64,000 nt of DNA, from NCBI GenBank assembly GCA_965262645.1, contig CBDHFO010000010.1, positions 418-64,417 on the forward strand, given 5' to 3'. The translations under genes were made by a program, and so were the position numbers. The notes beneath the pieces were generated by a model. It was not told the origin of the DNA, ran no database searches, and saw only the letters and a list, made by a program, of their open reading frames with translations. Source of the DNA: Candidatus Marinacidobacterium sp. Its GTDB lineage: Bacteria; Acidobacteriota; Vicinamibacteria; Marinacidobacterales; Marinacidobacteraceae. Positions 45,140-57,707 of the stretch are shown here, piece after piece. Positions within the stretch are counted from its first letter, which is position 1, and the number at the start of each line of letters is the position of its first letter.

Positions 45140-45974
45140 CCTGGGCGGGGAGCCGGTTTCCAGCGAGAGATGAGCCCGAAGCGCGGGGCGAAGAGATCAT
45201 TGGAGGATGATCGTGACACTTCGCACCGAACGGATACGCACTCTCGACCAGATCCGGGCCTTCCTGGACGGTAGCGAGCCGACGGACTTCAGGTTCGGCG
45301 GCAGGGACTCCGCCTACGACTTCGTCCGCCGGACGCTGGTCCGCTTCGAGTTCCATGGCCTCAAGCGGGATGAAAAGGGCCTGGTAAAGCGCTTCATCGA
45401 GAAGGTGACGGGCTACTCGCGGTCCCAGATCACCCGCCTCGTCAAGCAGCACCGCCGGACCGGGGGGATCCGCGACCACCGCAAGAAGCCCCCCGCCAGG
45501 CCCTTCGCGCACCGCTACACCGACCTTGACGCCGCCCTGCTGGCCGAGGTCGACGAGGCCTTCGGCCAGCTCTCCGGACCCGCGACCAAGGTGGTCCTGT
45601 GGCGCATGTACCATGTCTACGGCGACCGGCGTTTCACACGGCTCGCCGGCATCTCAGGAGGCCACATCTACAACCTCCGCAGCAAACCGGCTCACCGCCT
45701 ATGGTGAGCAGTGCCCTGCGGAGCTCCGACGCTGAACTCCACCAAGTGAACCCGAAGGACGTTGACCGTCTGGGTGCGCTGGCGCACCAGAAGATCAGCG
45801 TCACTACATTGCATGGTCGGTCGCAGCGCCGCTTCCTGAATCTCCTCCGCGTCCCCTGCGTCGTTTCTCTTGCCTCTTTACAAAGGGCTTCACGTACGTC
45901 GGACGAACAGTCTCACTTCGCTGCCGAGGGTCATGACCTCTCGGCCCCAATAGTGGGCGCTACACTAGGACTAG

Positions 45975-47631
45975 GAGTCTGCGCCGCAGAAAACCGCAGC
46001 CGCTATCTTTAGAGGTAGCGAAGACATTTGGAAGGTTTGCGGTTGACCGAAGGGGGGGTCAATGGGAACGACGTTTCGTCCGTACCATCCGGACCAGATT
46101 CTGATGCTGCCTCCAGATCTTCGGGAGTGGGTGTCGGAGGGTCATTTGGCGCACCATGTGAGCGACCTGGTGGACGCGGTGGACCTGAGCGCGTTCTACG
46201 CGCCGTACCGTGGGGATGGGCGGCGCAACTCGCCGTACGATCCGCGGATGATGGTCAAGGTGCTGATCTATGCGTATGCGACGGGCACCTTCTCGTCGCG
46301 GAAGATGGCGAAGAGGCTGGAGGAGGATGTCGCGTTTCGGATGCTGGCCGCGGGGAACTTCCCGAAGCACCGGACGCTGTGCGAGTTCCGCAAGCGCCAT
46401 CTTGGGGATTTCCGGGCGGTGTTCGCCGAGGTGGTGTTGCTCGCACGGGCCTTGGGGTTGGCCGGGCTTGGCAGGGTATCGGTGGACGGGACGAAGGTCC
46501 GGGCCAACGCGAGCAAGCGCAAGGCGATGAGCTACGGCCGGATGGTGAAGGAGGAGCCTCGGCTGGAGGAGGAGATCCGGGCGCTGAAGGCGGAGATTGA
46601 GGCGCTGGTGGAGAAAGCCGAGGCGGTGGACGAAGCGGAGGACGAGCGCTACGGCGAGGAAGCTTGCGGAGACGAGCTGCCGGAGGAGCTGAAGCGGCGC
46701 GAGGACCGGCTGGCGGCGATCCAGGCGGCGAAGGCGCGTCTGGAGGCCGAGCAGAGCGCGATGGACGACGCGCGGGGCCGCAAGCCGGGACAGAAGCGCA
46801 ACCCAAAGGGAGGCCAGCCCTACAAGCGGAAGTACGGCGAGCCGGACGAGAAGGCGCAGAGCAACTTCACCGATCCGGAGAGCCGGATCATGAAGACGAG
46901 TTCGGAGGGGTTCCAGCAGAGCTACAACGCGCAGATGGCGGTGGAGGGGGAGAACCAGCTGGTGGTGGGGGCCGAGGTGACGGACAACGCGAGCGACCAG
47001 GGCCAGCTGGTCCCGATGGTCGACGCGGTGGCGGAGACGTGCGGCGAGACGCCGGAGCAGGTGCTGGCGGACGCAGGCTATTGCAACGAACCGGACCTGC
47101 AGGCGCTGAAGGAGCGGGACATCGACGGGTATGTGGCTCTGGGCCGGGAGGGCGGGACCGCTGCGGCCGTTGATGCGGACGAGCATCCGGCGAAGGCGCG
47201 CATGGCCGAGAAGCTGGAGAGCGACGAGGGCCGGAGGCGGTACGCACGCCGAAAGTGGATGGCGGAGGCGCCTGTCGGCTGGATCAAGGAGGTGATGGGC
47301 TTTCGACGATTCAGCTTCCGGGGCCTCGAGAAGGTCCAGGCCGAGTGGACCCTCGTGTGCCTCGCCCTCAACGTCAAGCGGATGCACACCCTTCAGGCGG
47401 CATGAGCGGCCGCCCCGGCCATCCGCAACCTGGCCGACTGAGCCTCCGCGGACCTTCCGGCACGCCGAAAACGCCGCCGATCCCCGAATACCCACCGAAT
47501 TCGACAGTCGAACGACTCGTGCGACCCGAAACCGCTGATTCCCCATCGAACTCGCAGAGGACCTCGGCACCGAAGTCACGGTCCACCCGGTCGGCCACCT
47601 CCGCACGCTGTGCGTTCTAGGGCGCAGACTC
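45975..47631 (+). mobile_element. IS1182-family element; transposase 46062-47405
   Basis: IR GAGTCTGCGC / GCGCAGACTC; CTAG flanks; paralogue of the 16609 copy. Confidence 0.92.
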
Positions 47632-47866
47632 CTAGGGCGACGTCTACGATGGGGTGGTCGAGCATGGTCGGGGGTTTTCCTGATCAAAGGGTCTTCGGAT
47701 GCTGAATACTCCAAACACAATATAGCGGGGTCTCTCGAGCCGATTGCTGAGGCGACCCGAATGTCAATCCTGCTCTTACGTTATGGTCATGTTCGGATTC
47801 ACACATGGCCTCTCCCGAACTCATGCGATCACATGCCCCTTGGCCACCTTAGCCCGGAGACCGTCA

Positions 47867-48337
47867 ATGACCCTGTTCGCCAACGCGTTGGGCGATGCAC
47901 TCCTTGCCTTCGGCCGCCTTCTCGCCGCCGATCCGATAGCCACCCGCGCTACCCTTCCCCGAACCCCTGGCGTCTATCTGTTCACAGAACCCGGAACGGG
48001 ACATCTATACGTCGGCCGGACACGCAATCTCCGTGGGCGGATCGCCGAACATTGCCCTGGGGTCATCCCGCGATCATCGGTGCCCCCGGCGACCTTCGCC
48101 GTCAGGATCGCTCGCGAGAGCACCGGGCTTGGACCTACCTACCAACGCCGCGGGGGCCTCCGTGACCTGTTCGCCAACAACCCGGAATGGCGCGAAGCGG
48201 TCGCATTGGCGGTTGCCCGAATCCGCGAAATGGAAGTTCGCTTCGTCGAGGAGTCCGACCCACTCCGTAGTGCTCTCCTCGAGCTAATGGTGGCTGCCGA
48301 GTTGCAGACCCGCTTTAACAGTTTCGAGACGACCTGA
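47867..48337 (+). CDS. GIY-YIG nuclease family protein
   Basis: PGVYLF...LYVGRTRNLRGRIAEH...LLE...FN. Confidence 0.85.
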   Translation: MTLFANALGDALLAFGRLLAADPIATRATLPRTPGVYLFTEPGTGHLYVGRTRNLRGRIAEHCPGVIPRSSVPPATFAVRIARESTGLGPTYQRRGGLRDLFANNPEWREAVALAVARIREMEVRFVEESDPLRSALLELMVAAELQTRFNSFETT

Positions 48338-48499
48338 CCCACTTCCCGCACGAGGCGCCCAACCGGTCGATCAGCCGAACGGGATGGTCTGGCAGCACTA
48401 TGAAGATGCTGCCGTCCAGCACTATGGGAGGAGGCTGCGGCCAGTCTCCCGGCGGTGGATCCAATACTCTCCCACCTTGCCGATCACGTCTTGGCAGAG

Positions 48500-48776
48500 C
48501 TAGTCCTTCTTCCGGGATGGTGTCGGTCGAGGAATCCGCCGAAACTCCACGATCGCGTTGACATCCACGGCGAGGTCCTCGAAGTCGGGGCGGGTCTCAA
48601 GCTGACACTCCCTAAGGACACTGCCGATGCCACCGACCACCATTAGCCCCCCGGCGCTCATAATCGAACCAGTTGAGTAGCGTCCAGATCGGCATACGAA
48701 CCGTTCCGCCATGATGTACGATCTCGCGGACTACCTCCAGCTTCGTCTTGCCCTGCGCTCTGCGGGAAGAATCCAT
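48500..48776 (-). pseudogene. Frameshifted fragment of a conserved hypothetical domain
   Basis: TLLNWFDYERRGAN, frameshift, IGSVLRECQLETRPDFE. Confidence 0.4.
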
Positions 48777-48970
48777 TAAGCCTCTCCTGTGGGTGAACGG
48801 AACTCCGACGCTGACGATTCCCGGCCCTCGGGGCAAGAGCCTCAGGGCTGCCCAACGAAGGCTACGGAGTACGACCGCGACCGATTATGATTGTACTTCC
48901 ACCGTATGCTCATCTTCCACGTCATTGGAAGAGCTGTGATGAACGGAATCATGCGAAGCGAGGCCTAGTG

Positions 48971-50095
48971 ATGCGTGTGTTCATATCGTCCGTGATACGA
49001 GGTATGGAGCCCCATCGGGCCGCAGTCTCCGATGCGGTCGCGTCTCTGGGCTACGCCGTGATCCGGTCGGAGGAATTCGGACCATCGACCGATACGCCCC
49101 GTCGGGCGTGCTTGCAGGCCGCGCGGACGGCAGACCTGACCATCGTGCTTCTGGGAGCGACCTACGGCCAACCGCAGAGTTCAGGTCTCTCGGCAACGCA
49201 TGAAGAGTTTCGCGAGGCTTGCGACCACGGCACGGTAGCCGTCCTGGTCCAGAGCGACACGGACCCAGAACCGCGACAGCGAGAGTTTCTGCGAGAGGCG
49301 CAGGATTGGGCTACTGGTCGGCTAACTGACACGTTTTCCGGCCCGGACGACTTGAGGTCTAAGGCCACCAGGTTGCTTCACCAGCATGCGCTCCGCCAGC
49401 AAAGCGGCCCACTGGAGCCGTCGGAGTTGCTCGAGCGGGCCCGATCGTGGCTTCCGCGTCATCGGCAGCATTCTTCTCCTCGGCTCCACGTGATCGTCAC
49501 GGGAGGCCCACGCCAAGAACTCATTCCGCCTTCGAAGCTCGATGATCAGCAGTTCTCTGGGCCAATCATGCAGCAAGCTCTGTTCGGAACTGAACCGGTC
49601 TTTACTCCCGGGCATGGAACTAGGACGGTGTTGGGGCGGGGACACCTTCGCCTGGAACAGGACGGTGCCACGATCGTGTTAGCTGAGGACGGGACAGTCG
49701 CGGTAAGCGTGCCCGCCATGCGACGTGACTGCGAAACCCGACTGGGCCTTCCAGTGCTCATCGAGGAGGACATACGAAGTGCACTTTCGGCGGCACTCGG
49801 GTTCACCGGCTGGTTTCTGGATAAAGTCGATTCACTCAGGCGTCTTTCCCACATTGTGGTCTTGGGAGCGATTGAGGGCGGATCGGTCCATGGATGGCGA
49901 ACGCGAGCCGAACACGCTGCCAACCCACACCAAATGACCATGTCCATGCACCAACGCGATCTCGTAGTCGTCCCGGAGGAACCGGTTGTTCGACCTCGCG
50001 CTCATCTCACCGCGAACCGAGATCAGCTCGTTGAGGACCTGCTTGCACGCCTCCGCCGAGAGGTACGCACGCCACCCGCTGGGACCATCCTGTGA
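48971..50095 (+). CDS. DUF4062-domain protein
   Basis: MRVFISS...C...LLGATYG....GLSATHEEFREA signature. Confidence 0.85.
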   Translation: MRVFISSVIRGMEPHRAAVSDAVASLGYAVIRSEEFGPSTDTPRRACLQAARTADLTIVLLGATYGQPQSSGLSATHEEFREACDHGTVAVLVQSDTDPEPRQREFLREAQDWATGRLTDTFSGPDDLRSKATRLLHQHALRQQSGPLEPSELLERARSWLPRHRQHSSPRLHVIVTGGPRQELIPPSKLDDQQFSGPIMQQALFGTEPVFTPGHGTRTVLGRGHLRLEQDGATIVLAEDGTVAVSVPAMRRDCETRLGLPVLIEEDIRSALSAALGFTGWFLDKVDSLRRLSHIVVLGAIEGGSVHGWRTRAEHAANPHQMTMSMHQRDLVVVPEEPVVRPRAHLTANRDQLVEDLLARLRREVRTPPAGTIL

Positions 50096-50129
50096 ACCTG
50101 CGGCGGTGGCGAAACGGACGTGCCTTCGA

Positions 50130-50897
50130 ATGCGTGATTTGAGGGAGTTGGATCGGGCCCGTGAACGCTGGCGACTCATGCGCCGACGGCTGGGCCAGAG
50201 TGCAGATGCCGAACACGGGTCCTTGGGACTGGCCCGCCGGATGGAGAGCCTTTCGGCACGCCTCTTGATCCTCCCAGGTGACCCGTTCGCAACTGATCTG
50301 TCCTTTGACGAAGAGTTCTGGGGATGGTGGACTAAGGATGGGCCGTCTCCCTTCGGAACTCACGTTCAATGGACTAACACCAAGCCGACCGTCGATGCTG
50401 CGGTGAAGTACGAACGACGCTCGGAGAAGTGGACCACCTACCTCGGCCTGCATCGGCATGGCGGTGTCGAGGTTGGCTTCGATCCGTCCTGGTCGGATGA
50501 TCGGGGAACGCGGTTTTTCGGACTCCTTCACACAGTCGGGCTGGTCTGGATCGGTGCCTCGACTCAAGCCGAAGCAGTGGATCGTTTTGGCCTCGTCGGT
50601 CCTTGGGAGCTGACCCTAGTCTTCCACCAGACGGAAAACTCTTATCTCGCCGGTTTCGGAATCGGGTGGCGAGAGCCGCATCGCGGTGGTGGATGGGGTC
50701 TCCGGCCGCAACAGGAGCCCCATATCATGATTCGGCGGGAGCTGGATGCCTTCCCGGAATCTGAGAACGACGTCCGAGACCTCGCGTTTGACGTCGGTGC
50801 TCGGATCGAGGACGCTTGGGGAGTGAAGTATCGCCGGTTCCTCGATAGGGACGGGGACATGAAGGGGAAGTTCAACCCACGGCGATGGGCCTTGTGA
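50130..50897 (+). CDS. Hypothetical protein co-oriented with the DUF4062 gene
   Basis: Globular-looking 255-aa ORF; start uncertain. Confidence 0.65.
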   Translation: MRDLRELDRARERWRLMRRRLGQSADAEHGSLGLARRMESLSARLLILPGDPFATDLSFDEEFWGWWTKDGPSPFGTHVQWTNTKPTVDAAVKYERRSEKWTTYLGLHRHGGVEVGFDPSWSDDRGTRFFGLLHTVGLVWIGASTQAEAVDRFGLVGPWELTLVFHQTENSYLAGFGIGWREPHRGGGWGLRPQQEPHIMIRRELDAFPESENDVRDLAFDVGARIEDAWGVKYRRFLDRDGDMKGKFNPRRWAL

Positions 50898-50997
50898 GGG
50901 AATCCCTGCGTCATCCTTGGCACCGACGATTCGCAACCGATCGCCGACCACAATCCGCCGGGTCACAGGCACGCGATGTAAAGTTGAATTCACTTAA

Positions 50998-51908
<911 letters not shown>

Positions 51909-52094
51909 TGGAAGCAGATGGGCGATACGTTGGCACCCTTTTTAATACCCGTAGGCCGGACGCCTTCGGCCCGGATGGCCTCGTGGCCTACATCGACGAC
52001 CACGAACTCGGCACACAACGTGTGGTCGTGGTTCGCATCACCTCCATCGCGCCCGCGGTGGAGAACTAACCCACCCTTCACGGGAGCTACAGAG

Positions 52095-52328
52095 ATGAAA
52101 TCGTTCACCATGGGATTCCGCGCGCTGTCCGGTGTCGTCGCCTTGACGATGGCCCTGTTCGCAACCAGCGGGCTCTTCCCCGCCACGGCGGTCTGCCAGG
52201 AAGGCAACTGCGTGGGCAGTGGCATTACCTACGACGATAGGGACGACGGGTCGACTTGGGTCTGCTTCGAGGAACTCAGTTGCGACGAGGGCGACATTAC
52301 CGGCGAGGACGTGTGCTTCATGCAGTAG
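52095..52328 (+). CDS. Small secreted Cys-rich peptide
   Basis: Signal peptide ...PATA; Cx4C...WxCFx4CDx9C, as in 13762-13965. Confidence 0.72.
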   Translation: MKSFTMGFRALSGVVALTMALFATSGLFPATAVCQEGNCVGSGITYDDRDDGSTWVCFEELSCDEGDITGEDVCFMQ

Positions 52329-52469
52329 TAGGCCGGAAGGCCGGCGCACGTTGCTGACAGGTGGCTCGGCGAGAGGCGGTTCACGTCTCTCGCCGAGTCC
52401 TCTGACTGTGGAGGAGGAGATGCGTACCGTCATCCGAAGGAGCAATCCCATGATGATCCGTCTAGCTAG

Positions 52470-54184
52470 TTCCCGTCCGTAAACTCCTAAGTCGTTGTCA
52501 CCATTGGCGAAACAGGGACGGGAGGACGGTGGATCGGGTGGAATGGGGTCGGGCAATCGGTTATCTTTAGTCATACGATAAGGGTTTGTGCCGACGCCAG
52601 GGGAGTTGCCGATGCGTGCAAGACGGGCACCGCAGCGGAGTCTTTTCGATGCCGGATATCCTGATCACGACATGGGGCGGGCGCTGGCCCTGATGTCGAG
52701 GCTTCTGGATGAACACCCGGAGTTCCTGGAGTGGATCGCCGCGGACGTGGACCGGGGGGCCGCGTCGTCCGTGGGCCGGCGCGGCTTGCCGTGCGAGGTG
52801 ATCCTGCGCTACGGGATCCTGAAGCATCTGTGGCAGTCGGACTACCGGGAACTGGAGTTCGCGCTGGTCGACTCCGTCTCGGCGAGGCGCTTCACACGCG
52901 TCGATCCGCTGCGGCCCCCGAAGCGCTCTGCGCTGCAGCGTTGCATCGGGGCTGTTCGGGCCGAGGTATGGGAGCGGATCAACCGGGTCCTGCTGGGCCG
53001 GGCCCGCGACGACAAGCTCGAAGCGGGCCGCAAGGTGCGCATCGACAGCACCGTGACCGAGACGCATATCCTGGATCCGAGCGACAGCCAGCTGCTGTAC
53101 GACGCGGTGCGCGTGCTGTCCCGGCTGCTGGCCCGGGCCCGGGAGAAGTTGGGACCCGATGCCTTCCCCTTCCACGACCACCGCCGGGCGGCGAAGCGCA
53201 AGAAGTGGAAGATCCCCAAGGCGCGGATGAAGCGTAAGGTCAAGCTGTACCGCGAGTTGCTGGCGGTCGTGCGGCGGACGCTTCGGTACGCCGATGGTGC
53301 CCTGGCGGCGGTCGAGGGCCGTGACGAGCCGTGGCTGGATGACTGGCGCACGCAGGTCGCACACTACCGGGACCTGGCCGGGGCGGTCGTCCGCCAGACG
53401 GTACGCCGGGTGCTGAAGGGCGAGACGGTCCCCGCGGAGGAGAAGGTGGTGAGCCTGTTCGAGCCCCACACCGACATCATCCGCAAGGGCGGGCGCCGGG
53501 TTCAGTACGGACACAAGGTGAACCTGGGCAGCGGCGCGAGCGGTCTGGTGTTCGATGCCGTGGTCGAGGCGGGCAATCCGGCGGACAGCTCGCGCTGTCT
53601 GCCGATGATCGAACGGCACGCCGCGATCTACGGGTCGGTGCCGGAGCAGGTGGCGTGTGACGGGGGCTACGCCAGCAAGGCCAATCTGGCGGAGGCGAAG
53701 GCTCTGGGAGTGCACGACATGGTCTTCCACAAGAAGAAGGGCCTCAAGACCACGGACATGGCCTCGTCCCCACGGGTCTACGGGCGGCTGAGGAACTTCC
53801 GGGCCGGCATGGAGGCCGTGGTCTCGTACCTCAAGCACTGCTTCGGCCTCCGCCGGTGCAACTGGCGGGGACTCGAACACTTCCGGGCCTACGTCTGGTC
53901 GGCCGTCGTCACGCACAATCTCTGGGTGATCGCGCGTCGCAAGTTGAAGTTGAAACCGGCCTGAACCGGCAACGGGCCGCTTCCGCGGCACCCGCCGATC
54001 CCGGTTCAGCCGAACCGGCTGGCCTCGCATCCCCCGAATCCGGAGAAAAAGCCACTTTGACGACCCGCCACGGCGGAAAACCCGTCTGATCGGCCCATTT
54101 GCGCCCTAAACCGCCTTCCCGCCCCAAGAAACACCGAACCCTGCGCGGCCTTGAGTGCCTCCGACGACAGAAAACGGACAAGAA
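52470..54184 (+). mobile_element. ISNCY/IS5-like DDE element; transposase 52612-53964
   Basis: IRs TTCCCGTCCGT / TTCTTGTCCGT; CTAGCTAG on both sides; RIDSTV, VSLFEPHTDII.KG, CDGGY, FRAGME. Confidence 0.88.
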
Positions 54185-54192
54185 CTAGCTAG

Positions 54193-55030
54193 GCGAGCGG
54201 CGCAAGCACGACCGCTAGGACGCCGAGGAGTTGGCGCGGCTGTACCGGGCAGGAGAGCTGGTGACGATCCGGGTGCTGACGGAGCGGGAGGAACGGGTGC
54301 GCGATCTGGTGCGCTGCCGGGGAACGTTTCAGCGGGAGATCCTGAAGTCGCGCCACTACATCCTCAAGTTCCTGGCACGCCGCGGTCTGGTCTACCGGGA
54401 GGGCAAGAACTGGACGGCAGGCACATGATGTGGCTGCGGGCGATCCAGCGTGACGCGGTTCTCGAGACCGAGGACCAAGTGTTCTTCGGCGAGTATCTGG
54501 CGCTGCTGGACTACAAGCTGGACCGCCGCGACGAACTGGACCGCCAGATCGGAGTGCTCCCGCTGGACCCGTCCTACAAGGAGGCGGTGGGCCGGCTGTG
54601 CTGCTTCAAGGGGATCTCGACTCAGGCGGCGATGGTGCTGGTAGCCGAGATCGGTGACTTCCGGCACTTCGAGCACCCGGGCAAGCTGATGGCCTATGTC
54701 GAGTTGGTGCCGAGCGAGCACTCGAGCGGGGGCACGAGGCGGCAGGGCTCGACTACGAAGGCGGGCAACAGCCGGGTCCGGCATGTGCTGGTGCAGGCGG
54801 CGTGGACCTACCGGTTCCGCCTCGGCGAGGGGCGGTGCTGAAGCGACGCCAGGAGGGCCAGCCACCGGACGCCGTCGCGCACAGCTGGAAGGCGCAGCAC
54901 CGACTCCACAAGGTGTTCAAGTGGCTGGCGTTCCGGAAGAACAACCAGATCGCGGCGGTGGCCGTGGCGAGGGAACTGGCGGGGTTCGTGTGGGTGCTCA
55001 TGCCGGAGAGCGCGGTAGAGGATCGAAGCA
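54193..55030 (+). pseudogene. IS110-family transposase remnant (5'-truncated, frameshifted)
   Basis: DAEELARLYRAGEL, AEIGDF, LVPSEHSSG, TKAGN, VAVAREL. Confidence 0.8.
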
Positions 55031-55039
55031 GGGCAGCGT

Positions 55040-55116
55040 CTTCGCTCCGCGCTTTGGGCTCATCTCTCGCTGGAAACCGGCTCTCCGCTTGGACTCATTT
55101 GTCGTTCGACAAGACC
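55040..55116 (-). mobile_element. Isolated, unoccupied left end of the ISNCY-like element
   Basis: Matches 43857-43879 joined to 45140-45195 without the IS110 (...GGA-CT-CATTTGTCGTTCGACAAGAC). Confidence 0.8.
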
Positions 55117-55196
55117 CCAGGTTGACGTTTCAAGAGAACAGCTTAGCTTCTGTGGTTATGAACGGACTGCCCCCATCAAGGAACGCCTAGAATAGA

Positions 55197-55811
55197 ATGG
55201 CTAACAAAAGGCTTTTCGCGCCAATCCCGACTTCAGGTATTGCGTACTTCATGTTCTCAGCGCCCATTGATCAATCTAGCGAGCAGGCCTTGATGGCGAC
55301 CTGTCATGAAATGATAAACAAGAAGATCAGTACGATCTACTTGATGATCTCCACGCCAGGCGGTGCGGTGGTTAGCGGCATCAATCTCTACAACTTCCTT
55401 CGCGCATTGCCTATCAGGCTCATCACCCATAACATGGGCTCTGTTGATTCTATCGGCACTGTTGTCTTCTTGGCGGGAAGCGAAAGGTACGCTTCTCCAC
55501 ATACAACGTTTATGTTTCATGGAGCGGCCCGCAACGTCAAGGGATCGGTGACGCGCGAGGCTCTCGAAGCACATCTCGAAGCCCTTGCTGCCGATCAAGA
55601 GAAGATAGCGTCCGTCATCCGAGAGCGAGCAAGGTTTCGAAACCCGGAAGATGTGTCCTTGCTCTTCCGAACGCAATCCACTCATGGAACTGATTTCGCG
55701 CTATCTCATGGGATCATTCACGGTGAACGTCGTGCTAACATCCCTAAAGGCGCGCCTATCGCCCACTTTGCCCGTAACACTAAGGGCAACGAGGGGGGAC
55801 GAGGGGGTTGA
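55197..55811 (+). CDS. Stand-alone ClpP-like serine protease
   Basis: ISTPGG.V..G..LYN.L, VDSIG (Ser), FMFH (His); visibly lower GC. Confidence 0.85.
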   Translation: MANKRLFAPIPTSGIAYFMFSAPIDQSSEQALMATCHEMINKKISTIYLMISTPGGAVVSGINLYNFLRALPIRLITHNMGSVDSIGTVVFLAGSERYASPHTTFMFHGAARNVKGSVTREALEAHLEALAADQEKIASVIRERARFRNPEDVSLLFRTQSTHGTDFALSHGIIHGERRANIPKGAPIAHFARNTKGNEGGRGG

Positions 55812-56099
55812 TGATTGGCCCGTTCCCTTTGGAGCCACCTCAACTCCGACAGCACATTCTCAAGGCGCTCCTCCAGGACGCCAGTCTGCCTCTGGGCGTC
55901 GTTATGGTTCACCGTCCGCTCGTCGTAACCCTTGAGACAGCCTCTTCGGCGGACGGCACCAAGCGACCAGTACCGCTCCCTTCGCCGCGGCGGTCTCACC
56001 CAGCTCAACGACCGCCTCCGGCAGGGCAGAGTCCCCGTCATCGATCGACGAAGACCATGGCGTCGCATACCTCCCCGGTGCTCCGGTCCACAACGGGGA

Positions 56100-56980
56100 T
56101 CTTGGGGCCCGCGTAGTCGACGAACGCCTTCTCGCCCGCCTGGTAGACCTGTCGCATGACCACGTCGAGCTGCTCCCGTCACGCCCTGTAGCGCTCGCAG
56201 AACCAGCTGTACTGGTGGCCGTTCTGATGAACCGTGCGGTACTCGAGCCACAACAGCTGCAGCGTCACGCCCTTGTGGCGCTGAAGCTCCCGGTGGACGT
56301 GTCCCCAGTCCGGCTCCGGCCGGGGCACCCGCGACGGCAGCGGGGCCGGGAACAGCGCCGCCTCCAGCCCGGCGTCGTCCAGCCCCTCCGGCAACGGCCA
56401 GGAGAGCCCGCTGCGCTTGCCCACCGCACGTGGTCGCTTACCGTGCTGTTGGCGATCCCGAGCGACGTAGCGATCTCGCGGTGGCTGCGCCCGATCTCGT
56501 ACTTCAGGCACAGCAGTTCTCGAATCTTCCGCATGGACAACCTTCTCTGTGACACCCTCTTCCTCCTCGTCTCAGGGGACCTCGGCGAGGATGGAAGAAG
56601 GCGTCGCTATAACAGATTCTCCAGCGCTCCTACTCGCTCGCTCCAGGGTGATCGGCATGCTCTGGAATCGGTGATCGGCATGAAATGGAATCACTGATCG
56701 GCATGCGCCGGAATCAGCAGTAGAGGCCGTCCGAACCCCTTCGCCCTACCTCTACCCCTCTGCAAAACCGGCCCTCGACTGTCCCCGCAACACACCCGAC
56801 AAGACCCCGGCACTCGACGGGGACCCACTCCAACCCCTACACTCCAACCCCTACACTTCAACTCCGAAAACCCGAACCCTCAGCGCCCCTATGGACCTCC
56901 GCTCTCTCCAAGTGATCGGCATGCTCCGGAATCGGTGATCGGCTTGTCGGAACTGGTGATCGGCATCGTCGGAATACGCA
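56100..56980 (-). pseudogene. istA: IS21-family remnants: istA 5' fragment and two ends with GTGATCGGC repeats
   Basis: MRKIRELL...PDWGHVHREL..KGVTLQLLWLEY; ends TGCTGATTCC (~56719) and TGCGTATTCC (56980). Confidence 0.8.
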
Positions 56981-57099
56981 GCGTAACAGGTTCGGCCACC
57001 TGGTGTACTTCATGACGTCCGACGGGGGTCTTGAGTCACGCCTGGAGGAAGCCAAGTAGGCACGACCAGCGGCTGGCCTCCGGTGCTCGGCCCCGATCA

Positions 57100-57560
57100 C
57101 GGCGGTCGACCTGATCTTCCGCTCCGAGACGACTTCCGGAAGACTCCCGCCCAGGCGTTCAGCGAGCCACGCTCCTGATGGAGAGAGTGATGACGGCAGC
57201 ACGGTAGTCCCGGTCCGGGTCACGAGATCGAGGGGGGTATGCGCGTCTACCGTCGTCAGGGCCTCAATCCGAACATCCCGGCGATCACTGCGCCACAGCC
57301 GGTGTGGCTCCCCCAGGATCAACTCGAGCGCGGGAAGCAGGTGTACTTCCTCCGGGGCCCTGTCCGAAAGGATGTAGCGCAAGTACACGAAAGCGTGGTA
57401 GAGAACCTCGTCACGCGGCGCGGTGCTGACCGCGTACCGCCCAGCACCCGTTTCCCCGACCGAGAATGGGGGGGCAGTCGCCGACTCGGTTAGTTCTCGA
57501 AGCATGCCGTCGAACTGGTCCGCGCCGAACTTGCGCGTGACCAGTTCGACGGCCCGCCGA
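57100..57560 (-). pseudogene. DUF2357-like (McrBC-associated) fragment
   Basis: VELVTRKF...FDGMLREL...LYHAFVYLR...ILGEPHRL resembles DUF2357 N-terminal regions (recalled). Confidence 0.45.
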
Positions 57561-57707
57561 GGTGGCGCAGTGGAGCAATACAACGAGGCGGTTGACCAGC
57601 ACAATACCATCGCAGCACGCTACAACTCTCGATGCGATCAGTTCAGCTACTGGCCACTTGCACATACCGTACTTGTACACTCCGGACGGGCGGGATGCTC
57701 ACAACTC

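Larger units (their letters stand above)
43856..45707 (+). mobile_element. Truncated ISNCY-like element (transposase 5' part 45207-45707); left IR interrupted by IS110
   Basis: AGTCTTGTCCAACG left end; paralogue of 21565-22827. Confidence 0.82.

Noticed and set aside
56640-56980. Regularly spaced GTGATCGGC repeats and a 14-bp tandem duplication, possible CRISPR or iterons
   Set aside because: The repeats are the internal transposase-binding boxes of IS21 ends; they are too short, lack unique spacers, and no cas genes are present.
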